The notes: generated by a model from the sequence alone, not told the origin. Shown: positions 39,473 through 49,414, counted from the first letter of the stretch. The stretch: 64,000 bases of DNA from Patescibacteria group bacterium UBA6532 (GCA_002434805.1 DJKW01000009.1:15483-79482), one strand, 5' to 3'. A program made the numbers and translations.

Positions 39473-39709
39473 TCAGGCCCCTATAATTTCAACAATGGAG
39501 CTAGTCTTAGCCACAGTGACCGGATCTTGATTAGGTAAGTCACTGATAAGAAGCAGCTGCCCATCTTTGATTTTCATTTTATTCCCATAAAACTTCTTTC
39601 CGACAGGAATTTCTGATTTCTTGCCATCAAGAATTTTAGTTTTTTCGAGAATAAAGATATTTCTTTCTTCTTTAAATTTATATTCCGACGTTTCAGTTTT
39701 AATGATCAT
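39473..39709 (-). CDS. Hypothetical 78-aa protein
   Basis: ORF with its own consensus promoter. No family recognised. Confidence 0.5.
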   Translation of the reverse strand: MIIKTETSEYKFKEERNIFILEKTKILDGKKSEIPVGKKFYGNKMKIKDGQLLLISDLPNQDPVTVAKTSSIVEIIGA

Positions 39710-39726
39710 TTTATCTCATCTTCACT

Positions 39727-39760
39727 AAATATAGTATAGCATACTATATTATATTTGTCA
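39727..39760 (-). promoter_or_regulatory. Promoter TTGACA-17-TATACT with a perfect 10-bp inverted repeat (operator candidate)
   Basis: Minus-strand TTGACA 39755-39760 and TATACT 39732-39737. IR aatatagtat-agc-atactatatt at 39727-39749 spans the -10 and spacer. Confidence 0.55.
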
Positions 39761-39866
39761 AGAGGAGCTTGAGAACGATTTCAGGATTATAGTATAAAAC
39801 TAAGCCCGACCTTTTTATGCCCCATACGATGTTTCGGTTCAAATCCTAACCTAAAGTAAAACAATA

Positions 39867-41012
39867 TTATCTTACAATCGCCTTTAAATCTTTCTTTGTT
39901 TTCTCACGGATTAATTCTTGGATTTTGTTTATTTCTTTATTAGCCAAGGTTTTTTCGAATGAACGATAAGAAATACGGAATGTATAAGATTTTTTATCTT
40001 TACCAAATTTTTCTTCGTCTTCATACTCATCAATAAGTTTTACCTCTTCAATTAAATCAGCCGCAAAGTCTCTAACAATCTCGTAATAATTATTTAAATT
40101 TATATTCTTATTAATTATAAATGAAATATCTCTTGTGGTTTCAGGATATTTACTTATTTCTTTAAACTTACTGTTTATATCTTTAAACTGACTGGTAATT
40201 CGTGGGTCATCTGACCATAAGATTCTAATATCGGAAATCATCATTTTTACCATAGCTAATCTCTCGACCCCAAACCCAAACGCCCAGCCGTTGTAAATCT
40301 CAGGATCGATCCCAAATTTTTTCATCACTATTGGGTTTACTAGTCCGCATCCAACCACCTCCATCCATTCATCTCCTTGCTTTATATCCATTTCAAGACT
40401 TTCTATTGTATATGGAAAGTTATCTTTAACTACTTTCCATTCAATATTTTGGCCGAATAAGCTTTTGGCCACATCAACTAAGACATCAATTAAATCCTTT
40501 TGGCGGATAATCTTCTGGTCCTTTCTGCAAATATATAAACCATCCACTTGATGAAATGCCGGATAATGGTTTCTGTCAATTTCATCTTTTCTAAAGACTA
40601 TTCCCGCAGAGAGAGCCTCTATGTGACCTTTGTTTTTTAATCTTTCTAAAACTTCTGGTTTTTTTAAATAGAAAGACCAGAAAACAGTTGTGTGAGTACG
40701 CAAAACATGAGTATCGTCTAAAAAATAAGTGTCTGTTTCTTTCCTGCTGGGATGATCTTTTGGCATATTTAAAAGATCAAAACATTGTTCTACTGTAACA
40801 ATACGGGGGAAATCAACCAGGTCATAATCCTTAAATCTGGGAAGATTTATTATCTGATTAACTAAAATCTTAACTGGAGAATTCTTTTTCTTCGTTAAAT
40901 CTGGAAGCGCTAAAAGTCTTTTTATACGTTCCGCTTTAATGTCTTTTCTTTTATTTAAGTCTTTAATTAAAGCTTTCTCGGTTTTGTCTTCTATTGTTAT
41001 TTCTTTATTCAT
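39867..41012 (-). CDS. Phenylalanyl-tRNA synthetase, monomeric mitochondrial-like architecture (alpha catalytic core + FDX-ACB domain)
   Basis: KDHPSRKETDTYF, VLRTHTT, GIVFRKDEIDRNHYPAFHQVDG (motif 2), GWAFGFGVERLAM (motif 3). Then SKYPETTRDISFII...KSYTFRISYRSFEKTLANKEIN (beta-subunit-type anticodon-binding domain). Confidence 0.8.
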   Translation of the reverse strand: MNKEITIEDKTEKALIKDLNKRKDIKAERIKRLLALPDLTKKKNSPVKILVNQIINLPRFKDYDLVDFPRIVTVEQCFDLLNMPKDHPSRKETDTYFLDDTHVLRTHTTVFWSFYLKKPEVLERLKNKGHIEALSAGIVFRKDEIDRNHYPAFHQVDGLYICRKDQKIIRQKDLIDVLVDVAKSLFGQNIEWKVVKDNFPYTIESLEMDIKQGDEWMEVVGCGLVNPIVMKKFGIDPEIYNGWAFGFGVERLAMVKMMISDIRILWSDDPRITSQFKDINSKFKEISKYPETTRDISFIINKNINLNNYYEIVRDFAADLIEEVKLIDEYEDEEKFGKDKKSYTFRISYRSFEKTLANKEINKIQELIREKTKKDLKAIVR

Positions 41013-41022
41013 ATTACTTATC

Positions 41023-42480
41023 TTACTTTAAATCCTTTAATAAAATCTGCCTTACGCTTTCAGGGTTAGCTCTACCTTTAGAGCGAGCCATTACCTGCCC
41101 TACTAAAAACTGAAGGGCGTTTTCTTTTCCTTTCTTAAAATCCTCAACTGCTTTTTGATTTTTAACAATTACTTCTTTAACTATCTTCTCAATTTCTGAC
41201 TCATTCGTTATTAAAGAAAGATTCTTTTCCTTAATAATATGACTGGGATCAGCTCCGGTCTTAAACATTTCAGAAAGAACCTGTTTTGCAATCTTACTGG
41301 AGATTTTCCCTTCGTAAATTAAGGCGATGAATTCAGCAAAATCCTCAGGGGTGATCAAAAAATCCTTTCCCAAAGCCCCAACAAGTAAACCCTGAAGGTC
41401 AGTTAAGATATAGTTTGAAGCTAATTTAATCAACTTTTTTTCTTCAGCTTGTGAGATTTTTGTTTTTAATTCTACTGCCTTTACCCAGTTTTTTAATTCT
41501 GAAATAACTTTTTCAAAATACTCTCCCAAACTCTTATTTACGACAAAAACCTCAATAGATTTTTCATCCAACTTATACTCTCTAGCAAACCTTTCTCTGC
41601 GAGATTGAGGAAGTTCGGGAATTTCAGCCTTAATCTTATTAATATAATCTTTGCTTAGGCTTAGGGGAGGCAAATCAGGCTCTGGAAAATACCGATAATC
41701 ATGATCTTGTTCCTTTTCTCTCTGGCTGAGAGTAACCTCATCTCTGTCATTCCAGCCTCTTGTTTCGTGAAGAACTTTCTTGCCGGACGCCAACACCTTG
41801 CCTTGGCGTTCAATCTCATAGTCTAAAGCTCTCTCCACCACCCGAAAAGAATTCAAGTTTTTAATTTCTACCTTGGTTCCCAACTTCTTCCCTTTTTTTA
41901 AAGAAATATTAGCTTCAACTCTCATCTGCCCTTTTTCCATGTCAGCATCAGATACTTTAAGATATCTTAAAATAAGCTGGAGTCTTTGGCTAAACTTCCT
42001 TGCTTCCTTAGCTGACTTTATATCAGGTTCTGTCACTAACTCCATTAAAGGAATCCCCGCTCGATTAAAGTCAACCAATGAATAATCTTTTTCATGGATC
42101 AATCTTCCTGTATCCTCTTCTAAGTGAACTCTGGTAATGCTTATCTTATTTCCTCCAATGTTTAAAAACCCTCCTTTGCAAAGAGGCTTGTCGTATTGTG
42201 AAATCTGATAACCTTTGGGAAGATCGGGATAAAAGTAGTTTTTCCTGTCAAACTTTGAGTCTTCTGGAATTTTACAATTTAAGGCCAATCCGGTCTTTAT
42301 TGTTTTTTTAATCGCCTCTTCATTGATTACAGGAAGAGTGCCCGGATGCCCCATGCAAACAGGACAAACATTAATATTGGGATGTCGCTCTGAAGGATCG
42401 TTCAAAGAAGAACAAAACATCTTAGAGCGCGTCTTTAGCTCAATATGTATTTCTAAACCAATAGTTGGTAAATATTTCAT
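41023..42480 (-). CDS. gatB: Asp/Glu-tRNA amidotransferase subunit B
   Basis: PTIGLEIHIELKT, CPVCMGHPGTLP, RVEANISL, C-terminal GatB/YqeY domain. Confidence 0.95.
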   Translation of the reverse strand: MKYLPTIGLEIHIELKTRSKMFCSSLNDPSERHPNINVCPVCMGHPGTLPVINEEAIKKTIKTGLALNCKIPEDSKFDRKNYFYPDLPKGYQISQYDKPLCKGGFLNIGGNKISITRVHLEEDTGRLIHEKDYSLVDFNRAGIPLMELVTEPDIKSAKEARKFSQRLQLILRYLKVSDADMEKGQMRVEANISLKKGKKLGTKVEIKNLNSFRVVERALDYEIERQGKVLASGKKVLHETRGWNDRDEVTLSQREKEQDHDYRYFPEPDLPPLSLSKDYINKIKAEIPELPQSRRERFAREYKLDEKSIEVFVVNKSLGEYFEKVISELKNWVKAVELKTKISQAEEKKLIKLASNYILTDLQGLLVGALGKDFLITPEDFAEFIALIYEGKISSKIAKQVLSEMFKTGADPSHIIKEKNLSLITNESEIEKIVKEVIVKNQKAVEDFKKGKENALQFLVGQVMARSKGRANPESVRQILLKDLK

Positions 42481-42515
42481 GTTTTATTTAAAATAACAAA
42501 ATTTTAGTCAAAAGA

Positions 42516-42548
42516 CAACAAAAAAAGACCAAATATATAATTTGGTCT
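42516..42548 (-). terminator. Intrinsic terminator after the dcd/MtrA-like/ThyA-like operon
   Basis: Perfect 9-bp stem agaccaaat/atttggtct (42526-42548) with a 5-nt loop, followed on the minus strand by a U-run. Confidence 0.7.
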
Positions 42549-42564
42549 CCATAAATCAAATTGC

Positions 42565-43341
42565 CTATTTTAAGCTGAACTTCTCTCTTACTTCCTTATA
42601 CATATCTTTATAAATATGCATGCTGACTGAAAAATGAGTATAAGTTCCCGTGTCCACTGAAAGCTCGTCTGCCATATACTTTTGGAGAGCGGTAAAAGCG
42701 TAAGCGTTTTCCGGCCAGGCATTATAAAGATCATTAGTCTTCATGACGACAAACATATGGAGTTTTCCATCAACCAGCTGAGGATAAAACAATAAAACGC
42801 AGGGTGAAGAAGAATCCTCTCTTTTAGGCCCGAATTTCATTAAATCCCTGTAAGGAATCCAAGTATGCATTACTACTGTTCTCCGGGTGGGATCTTTCTT
42901 TAAAATGCCTATTGCTTTTTCAACCTGGTCTATCCGCTTTACAACACACTTTCCATCAGGGGAAATCTTTTTAATCTCTTCGGCTAATTCTTCGTCAGTA
43001 TCAGTTACGCTCGGTAAAAATGCCCTGACTTTACAGTCCGGATAGCAGCGAAGCCGGGAATAATAAGTATAGTCAAAGCTGTTCTCGTTTTCCTTGCCAG
43101 AGCCCTCTAAAAACTTCTTGGCGTATTCATCAGCCAACTCTTTAGTGGTATTGGTTTTATTACTCAGCCTTGGCTCAGAAAAAGGGTCTGAAACCTTAAT
43201 TAAAAGCGGGATATCTTTTGTTTCAATTTGGTATTCTGGAGCCTGGACGTGCCGATCGTGCCCCTCTGTCATTATTAAAATACAGGACTTTTCCCAGGCC
43301 TCTCCTAAGTTTTTTGCTTCTATTATTTTTGTTTCGTACAT
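42565..43341 (-). CDS. Thymidylate synthase-fold protein, divergent archaeal-like (ThyA / pyrimidine C5-transferase family)
   Basis: DQVEKAIGILKKDPTRRTVV, catalytic SSSPCVLLFYPQLVDGKLHMFVVMKTNDLYNAWPENAYAF, SVSMHIY. Canonical RSxD reads KTND. Confidence 0.7.
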   Translation of the reverse strand: MYETKIIEAKNLGEAWEKSCILIMTEGHDRHVQAPEYQIETKDIPLLIKVSDPFSEPRLSNKTNTTKELADEYAKKFLEGSGKENENSFDYTYYSRLRCYPDCKVRAFLPSVTDTDEELAEEIKKISPDGKCVVKRIDQVEKAIGILKKDPTRRTVVMHTWIPYRDLMKFGPKREDSSSPCVLLFYPQLVDGKLHMFVVMKTNDLYNAWPENAYAFTALQKYMADELSVDTGTYTHFSVSMHIYKDMYKEVREKFSLK

Positions 43342-43344
43342 AAA

Positions 43345-44187
43345 TTAGTCAAACCAGTCGTACTCATTATCTTGTTTAACTGATTCTTTTTTTAAAATTA
43401 ATTCGCTGCCTTGTTCGTAATCTAGGTCATTCTTGAGAGCAATTTCCGCTTTTTGGAGCTCTCTTGCCAAATACATTGAATGCTCTCTGGTCTGTTTAAA
43501 GTCCCCTATTAAATCCAGATTGGCAATTGTTTTGGAAATACCTTCTGCTGAATCTCCGATTATTTTCCTCATTAGCTTACTATCTTGATAATGTTCAGCA
43601 ATAATTTTCTTTCTCTTCCTCTCGATAGAAATAACAAAAAAACCTTTAGGGTCAATTACAAAATCAGGACAAGACCTTGCTTCTATCTCTTCTACTTCTT
43701 TAATCTCTATGGGTTTTCCGTCAAAAGGCCCTGGATTTTGTTTTAAATAACTATTAACCTTTTCCATTATTCTTGAAGGATTTTCTTCCGGCATTAAATC
43801 TATAGGGGCTACTTGTTTACGAAATCTCTCTATTATGTCTTTATTAACGCTTCTTAAAAAAGGAATATTCCCTTTAGCTCCTATAATCCTCTTTTTTTCA
43901 TCAACTCCGTTTTTTTTCAGGGAAATAAATGCCTGGGAAACAAAGTGTCCTTTTGAAACCTTCCCGCAAAGAATGAGAAATCTGATGTGGGGATTGGAAA
44001 CAATGTTTTGAATAATTTTTTCAATACCGATGTTTTCTGTAACGCACTTGCCAATGATTGAAACTTTTTCCATATCCAGGTCAATTCCAGCTACCGTGGC
44101 ATTAGTGCATACGGCCACTGCTGATTTCACATTACCTACTTTATACCTTCCTTCCAGCGGCGGCCACTTTTTAAGGTCCCCTGCCAT
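43345..44187 (-). CDS. Soluble MtrA-like (corrinoid-binding methyltransferase subunit A homologue) fused to a DUF4346-like C-terminal domain
   Basis: WPPLEGRYKVGN, AVAVCT, TENIGIEKIIQNIVSNPHIRFLILCGKVSKGH, NGVDEKKRIIGAKGNIPFL align with methanogen MtrA as recalled. No TM helix. C-half DPKGFFVISIE.... Confidence 0.7.
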   Translation of the reverse strand: MAGDLKKWPPLEGRYKVGNVKSAVAVCTNATVAGIDLDMEKVSIIGKCVTENIGIEKIIQNIVSNPHIRFLILCGKVSKGHFVSQAFISLKKNGVDEKKRIIGAKGNIPFLRSVNKDIIERFRKQVAPIDLMPEENPSRIMEKVNSYLKQNPGPFDGKPIEIKEVEEIEARSCPDFVIDPKGFFVISIERKRKKIIAEHYQDSKLMRKIIGDSAEGISKTIANLDLIGDFKQTREHSMYLARELQKAEIALKNDLDYEQGSELILKKESVKQDNEYDWFD

Positions 44188-44192
44188 TCTGA

Positions 44193-44768
44193 TTATTTTT
44201 TAAAATCCTGGTTAATTCTGCTCGCTCTCGGTGATTTTTGGTTTGCGTACTTTTGACCTTCTTTCTTAGAATAAGGAGTTTCGCAAGGAGAAGAAAGCGT
44301 TTCAAAGGTTAAAGCGCAAATCCGCATTCCCGAGTATAAAACAACAGGCATAATTCCCAAATTTCCCAATTCCATTACGGCATTCCCCTGCCAACCCGGA
44401 TCAAATCTGGAAGCGGTAGAATGAACTACTATTCCAAGCCTGCCCAAAGAGCTTCTCCCGTCAAGCCTGGCCATTAGGTCTGAAGGCAAGGTGAAGTCTT
44501 CTTTGGTTGTTGCTAAAATAAATGCTTTTGGCTGGAGAATAAATGGAGCATCATCTTCTATCTCTACTTCTTCCATGAATTTCTCAAAATCAATTTTTCT
44601 TTTGAGGTCTAAATAAGGATACTGGCTGGGTTTAAAGGTTTTAAAAATGTTCCCCAAATGCAAGTCTAAAGAACAAGGTCCCAGTTGTTCCTTTAAATTC
44701 GGCTCTGGCTCTATTTTTATTTTGCCAGATTTTAGGTATTCTTTAATGTCTTTATCTGAAAGAATCAT
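44193..44768 (-). CDS. dcd: dCTP deaminase (possibly bifunctional DCD-DUT type)
   Basis: MILSDKDI, GPCSLDLHLG, LDGRSSLGRLG, ELGNLG, YANQKS. Close to the M. jannaschii-type enzyme as recalled. Confidence 0.9.
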   Translation of the reverse strand: MILSDKDIKEYLKSGKIKIEPEPNLKEQLGPCSLDLHLGNIFKTFKPSQYPYLDLKRKIDFEKFMEEVEIEDDAPFILQPKAFILATTKEDFTLPSDLMARLDGRSSLGRLGIVVHSTASRFDPGWQGNAVMELGNLGIMPVVLYSGMRICALTFETLSSPCETPYSKKEGQKYANQKSPRASRINQDFKK

Positions 44769-44773
44769 ATGAT

Positions 44774-45196
44774 TTATTCAACGGTTATTCCCATATTGCG
44801 AGCTGTACCTTCAATTATTTTCATTGCCTGTTCAAGATCGGTAGTATTTAAATCCTCCAGCTTCTTTTTAGCGATTTCTCTTAACTGGGTTTTGCTAATT
44901 TTCGCCACCTTGGTCTTATTAGGCTCTCCTGACCCTTTCTCAATTCCCACTGCTTTCTTTAAAAGCTCAGAAGCCGGGGGCTGCTTTAATTTAAAAGCAT
45001 AAGTTCTGTCTTCAAAAACCGTAATCTCTACTGGAATTTTAAAACCAACGTTATTTTTAGTAGCGTCATTAAATTTCTGGCAGAATTCGGAGATATTCAA
45101 TCCGTGTTGAGCTAAAGCCGGTCCCACCGGAGGGGCGGGCGTTGCTTTAGAAGCTGGTATCTGAAGTTTTATAACAGCTTTAATTTTTTTTGGCAT
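44774..45196 (-). CDS. rplK: 50S ribosomal protein L11
   Basis: [38 protein letters not shown]. Confidence 0.97.
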   Translation of the reverse strand: MPKKIKAVIKLQIPASKATPAPPVGPALAQHGLNISEFCQKFNDATKNNVGFKIPVEITVFEDRTYAFKLKQPPASELLKKAVGIEKGSGEPNKTKVAKISKTQLREIAKKKLEDLNTTDLEQAMKIIEGTARNMGITVE

Positions 45197-45200
45197 ATGA

Positions 45201-45746
45201 TTAAATCTTTTTAATTTGCAAAGAATCTAATTCGACAGGCGTATCCCTTCCGAACATATTTACTAATACCTTTATTTTACCTCTTGATTCATCTACTTCT
45301 GAAACCTTCCCGTCAAAATCTTTAAAGGGGCCGTCAACAACCTTTACGGCATCACCAGCTTTAACGTCAATTTTGTACTGTGGAGTTTCAACCCCCATCC
45401 TTTTCTTTAAAGTTTCTATCTCTTCAAGGGAAACGGGTACCGGCGTAGTGCCCGCTCCGACAAATCCCGTAACATTAGGGGTATTTCTCACAACGTACCA
45501 GGAATCGTCAGTAACGATCATTTCTACCAGAACATAGCCCGGATAAATTTTTTCTTCTACTATTTTTCTTTTACTGTTCTTAATCTTAATCTTTTTCTCT
45601 TTAGGGACGATAACATCAAAAATTTTATCTTCCATACTCAAAGATTCGATCCTTTGCTTTAAGTTTCTCGCTACAGCGTCCTCGTAGCCAGAGTAAGTAT
45701 GAATAACATACCAATTTCTCTCTTTGGAAATTTGTTGCTTTGGCAT
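45201..45746 (-). CDS. nusG: Transcription termination/antitermination factor NusG
   Basis: [14 protein letters not shown] domain, KOW motif [18 protein letters not shown]. Confidence 0.95.
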   Translation of the reverse strand: MPKQQISKERNWYVIHTYSGYEDAVARNLKQRIESLSMEDKIFDVIVPKEKKIKIKNSKRKIVEEKIYPGYVLVEMIVTDDSWYVVRNTPNVTGFVGAGTTPVPVSLEEIETLKKRMGVETPQYKIDVKAGDAVKVVDGPFKDFDGKVSEVDESRGKIKVLVNMFGRDTPVELDSLQIKKI

Positions 45747-45747
45747 A

Positions 45748-45939
45748 TTAAAGAATGAATTTATTGAGCAAGGTTGTAAAAATAAGATCTACTCCGCCCA
45801 AATATACGGCCACAACAACAGACATGGCAACAACAATTAGGGTGTATCTAATTGTCTCGTCTCTGCTCGGCCAATTTACCTTTCTTATCTCTAATCTAAC
45901 TTCTTTTAAGAAGGTTATAATTTTACTGAAAACTTTCAT
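45748..45939 (-). CDS. secE: Preprotein translocase subunit SecE
   Basis: 63 aa, EVRLEIRKVNWPSRDE plus a single TM. Position upstream of nusG. Confidence 0.8.
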   Translation of the reverse strand: MKVFSKIITFLKEVRLEIRKVNWPSRDETIRYTLIVVAMSVVVAVYLGGVDLIFTTLLNKFIL

Positions 45940-46006
45940 TTTAATAAATTTAAGGTTTTAAAAACGGGCCTTTGTCGGCCTCATTTTTATATTAGCCAAG
46001 GCAATC

Positions 46007-48173
<2,167 letters not shown>

Positions 48174-48184
48174 CTTATACTTCT

Positions 48185-48213
48185 ATTTTACCCTAAAATT
48201 AAGATAAAATCAA
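48185..48213 (-). promoter_or_regulatory. Sigma70-type promoter (TTGATT-17-TAAAAT) upstream of the PheS relic and gyrB
   Basis: Minus-strand TTGATT 48208-48213 and TAAAAT 48185-48190, 11 nt before the relic ATG. Confidence 0.5.
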
Positions 48214-48274
48214 TGGTTAAATTGGGGATAAAAATCAATAAAAAACCCATCAAAAATTAATTCTGATGAGCTAC

Positions 48275-49015
48275 TTAACTACTATATTTTCTAGCAGCTT
48301 TAATTTCCTTTTGTATTCTCTTTATTGCTTTTATCGGATCTTTGCTTTCTAAGACTTCACGACCAACCACTATATGGTCTGCTCCATTTCTGATTGCATC
48401 TGAAAGAATTATTCTATTACACTGATCATCATTGTCTAATTTATGCTTAGAAGAACTAACAGCAGAAACAATGATTTTTAGATCTTTGTCTTTAAATTCT
48501 TCATGGTTTTTTAAAAATTGCACTTCTGAACCAGGACAAGTGATTCCTTGAACTCCACCTGAAAGAGACCATCTAGTTAATTGAAGAACTTTTAATCTTA
48601 GAGATCCTCCGTAAATCTCTTCAACTTCTTCTTTGTTAAGAAATGTTGGAATAGTAGAAGCAAAGATTTCGCTACTACCTCTATTCTCTACTGCTTGTTT
48701 AATTGACTGAATTCCACTGGAAGCAGAAATGCTAATGATCTCTGGCTTACCTTCTATAATTTTAGTTATTAGATTAGCCATATCATTAGGCCCACAATGA
48801 ATATTTAAATCGACGAAAATCCGTCCATAAGGTTTTAATTGGGTAGTTGCCGTACTTCCTGCAAGATAACCATATGAAAGATCACTAATTTTAAACCCCC
48901 AAACAAAATCTTTAAGCATTGTAGCAATTTTAATTGCGTACCCCATATTTTCGCATTTTTTTATAGAGAGTATGATCCGATTTTTATCCGTATTGATTTT
49001 TATCAAAGAAACCAA
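48275..49015 (-). CDS. Orotidine-5'-phosphate decarboxylase-fold protein with substituted catalytic residues
   Basis: PyrF-like C-terminus GADHIVVGREVLESKDP and GFKIS. The DxKxxD motif reads FVDLNIHCGPND and PGIR reads SAVS. Confidence 0.6.
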   Translation of the reverse strand: MVSLIKINTDKNRIILSIKKCENMGYAIKIATMLKDFVWGFKISDLSYGYLAGSTATTQLKPYGRIFVDLNIHCGPNDMANLITKIIEGKPEIISISASSGIQSIKQAVENRGSSEIFASTIPTFLNKEEVEEIYGGSLRLKVLQLTRWSLSGGVQGITCPGSEVQFLKNHEEFKDKDLKIIVSAVSSSKHKLDNDDQCNRIILSDAIRNGADHIVVGREVLESKDPIKAIKRIQKEIKAARKYSS

Positions 49016-49066
49016 GATTATTCTAACAATTTCTTAAAAAAAAGCAAATGTATAATTAAAAATTCC

Positions 49067-49237
49067 TCAATCAGATCTACTCTGGTTGAGGATTTTAATA
49101 AACTCCCCGTCGGGAAGTTTATTCTTTTTGGGAATTTTATTGATGACTACTCCGCAGCCCAAAACTATTCTGTCATGATTTTTATGATCTAAATTAGGTA
49201 TCTTTTCACAATTCCGGCATTCTTTTTCGCACGCCAT
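49067..49237 (-). CDS. Candidate 56-aa Cys-rich small protein
   Basis: MACEKECRNCEKIPNLDHKNHDRIVLGCGVVINKIPKKNKLPDGEFIKILNQSRSD. Below the track cutoff. CxxxCxxC plus a distal Cys. Upstream of the OMPdecase-like gene. Confidence 0.3.
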   Translation of the reverse strand: MACEKECRNCEKIPNLDHKNHDRIVLGCGVVINKIPKKNKLPDGEFIKILNQSRSD

Positions 49238-49320
49238 TATTCCATCTCAGAATTTTGGGAATATTGGGATTTAGGCAGGTGTTTGATCTTGGAGAAAAAG
49301 AACATTGAATCACTTTTTAC

Positions 49321-49348
49321 ATATTACCACCTTAATAAAAAATATCAA
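49321..49348 (-). promoter_or_regulatory. Candidate promoter (TTGATA-16-TAATAT)
   Basis: Minus-strand TTGATA 49343-49348 and TAATAT 49321-49326, just downstream of the tRNA-Glu terminator. Confidence 0.4.
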
Positions 49349-49380
49349 CTACTGGTTCATATAATATTTATCAGTTATCA

Positions 49381-49407
49381 AAAAACCGCCTTCTTGGCGA
49401 TTTTTTT
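49381..49407. terminator. Bidirectional short GC hairpin terminator after tRNA-Glu
   Basis: aaaaa-ccgcc-ttctt-ggcga-ttttttt. 4-bp GC stem extended by flanking A/T runs. Confidence 0.45.
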
Positions 49408-49414
49408 GGCTTTG

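Noticed and set aside
39820-39852. tRNA-like fragment (tttcggttcaaatcctaacc) as a possible integration-site scar.
   Set aside because: Only the T-loop-like cggttcaaatcc (12 nt, shared with tRNA-Glu) matches. There is no pairing T-stem or acceptor, no integrase, and no flanking direct repeat.
42481-42515. TTGACT-based promoter for gatB.
   Set aside because: The best -10 candidates end only about 2 nt from the ATG, incompatible with a transcription start upstream of the start codon. gatB expression signals remain unresolved.
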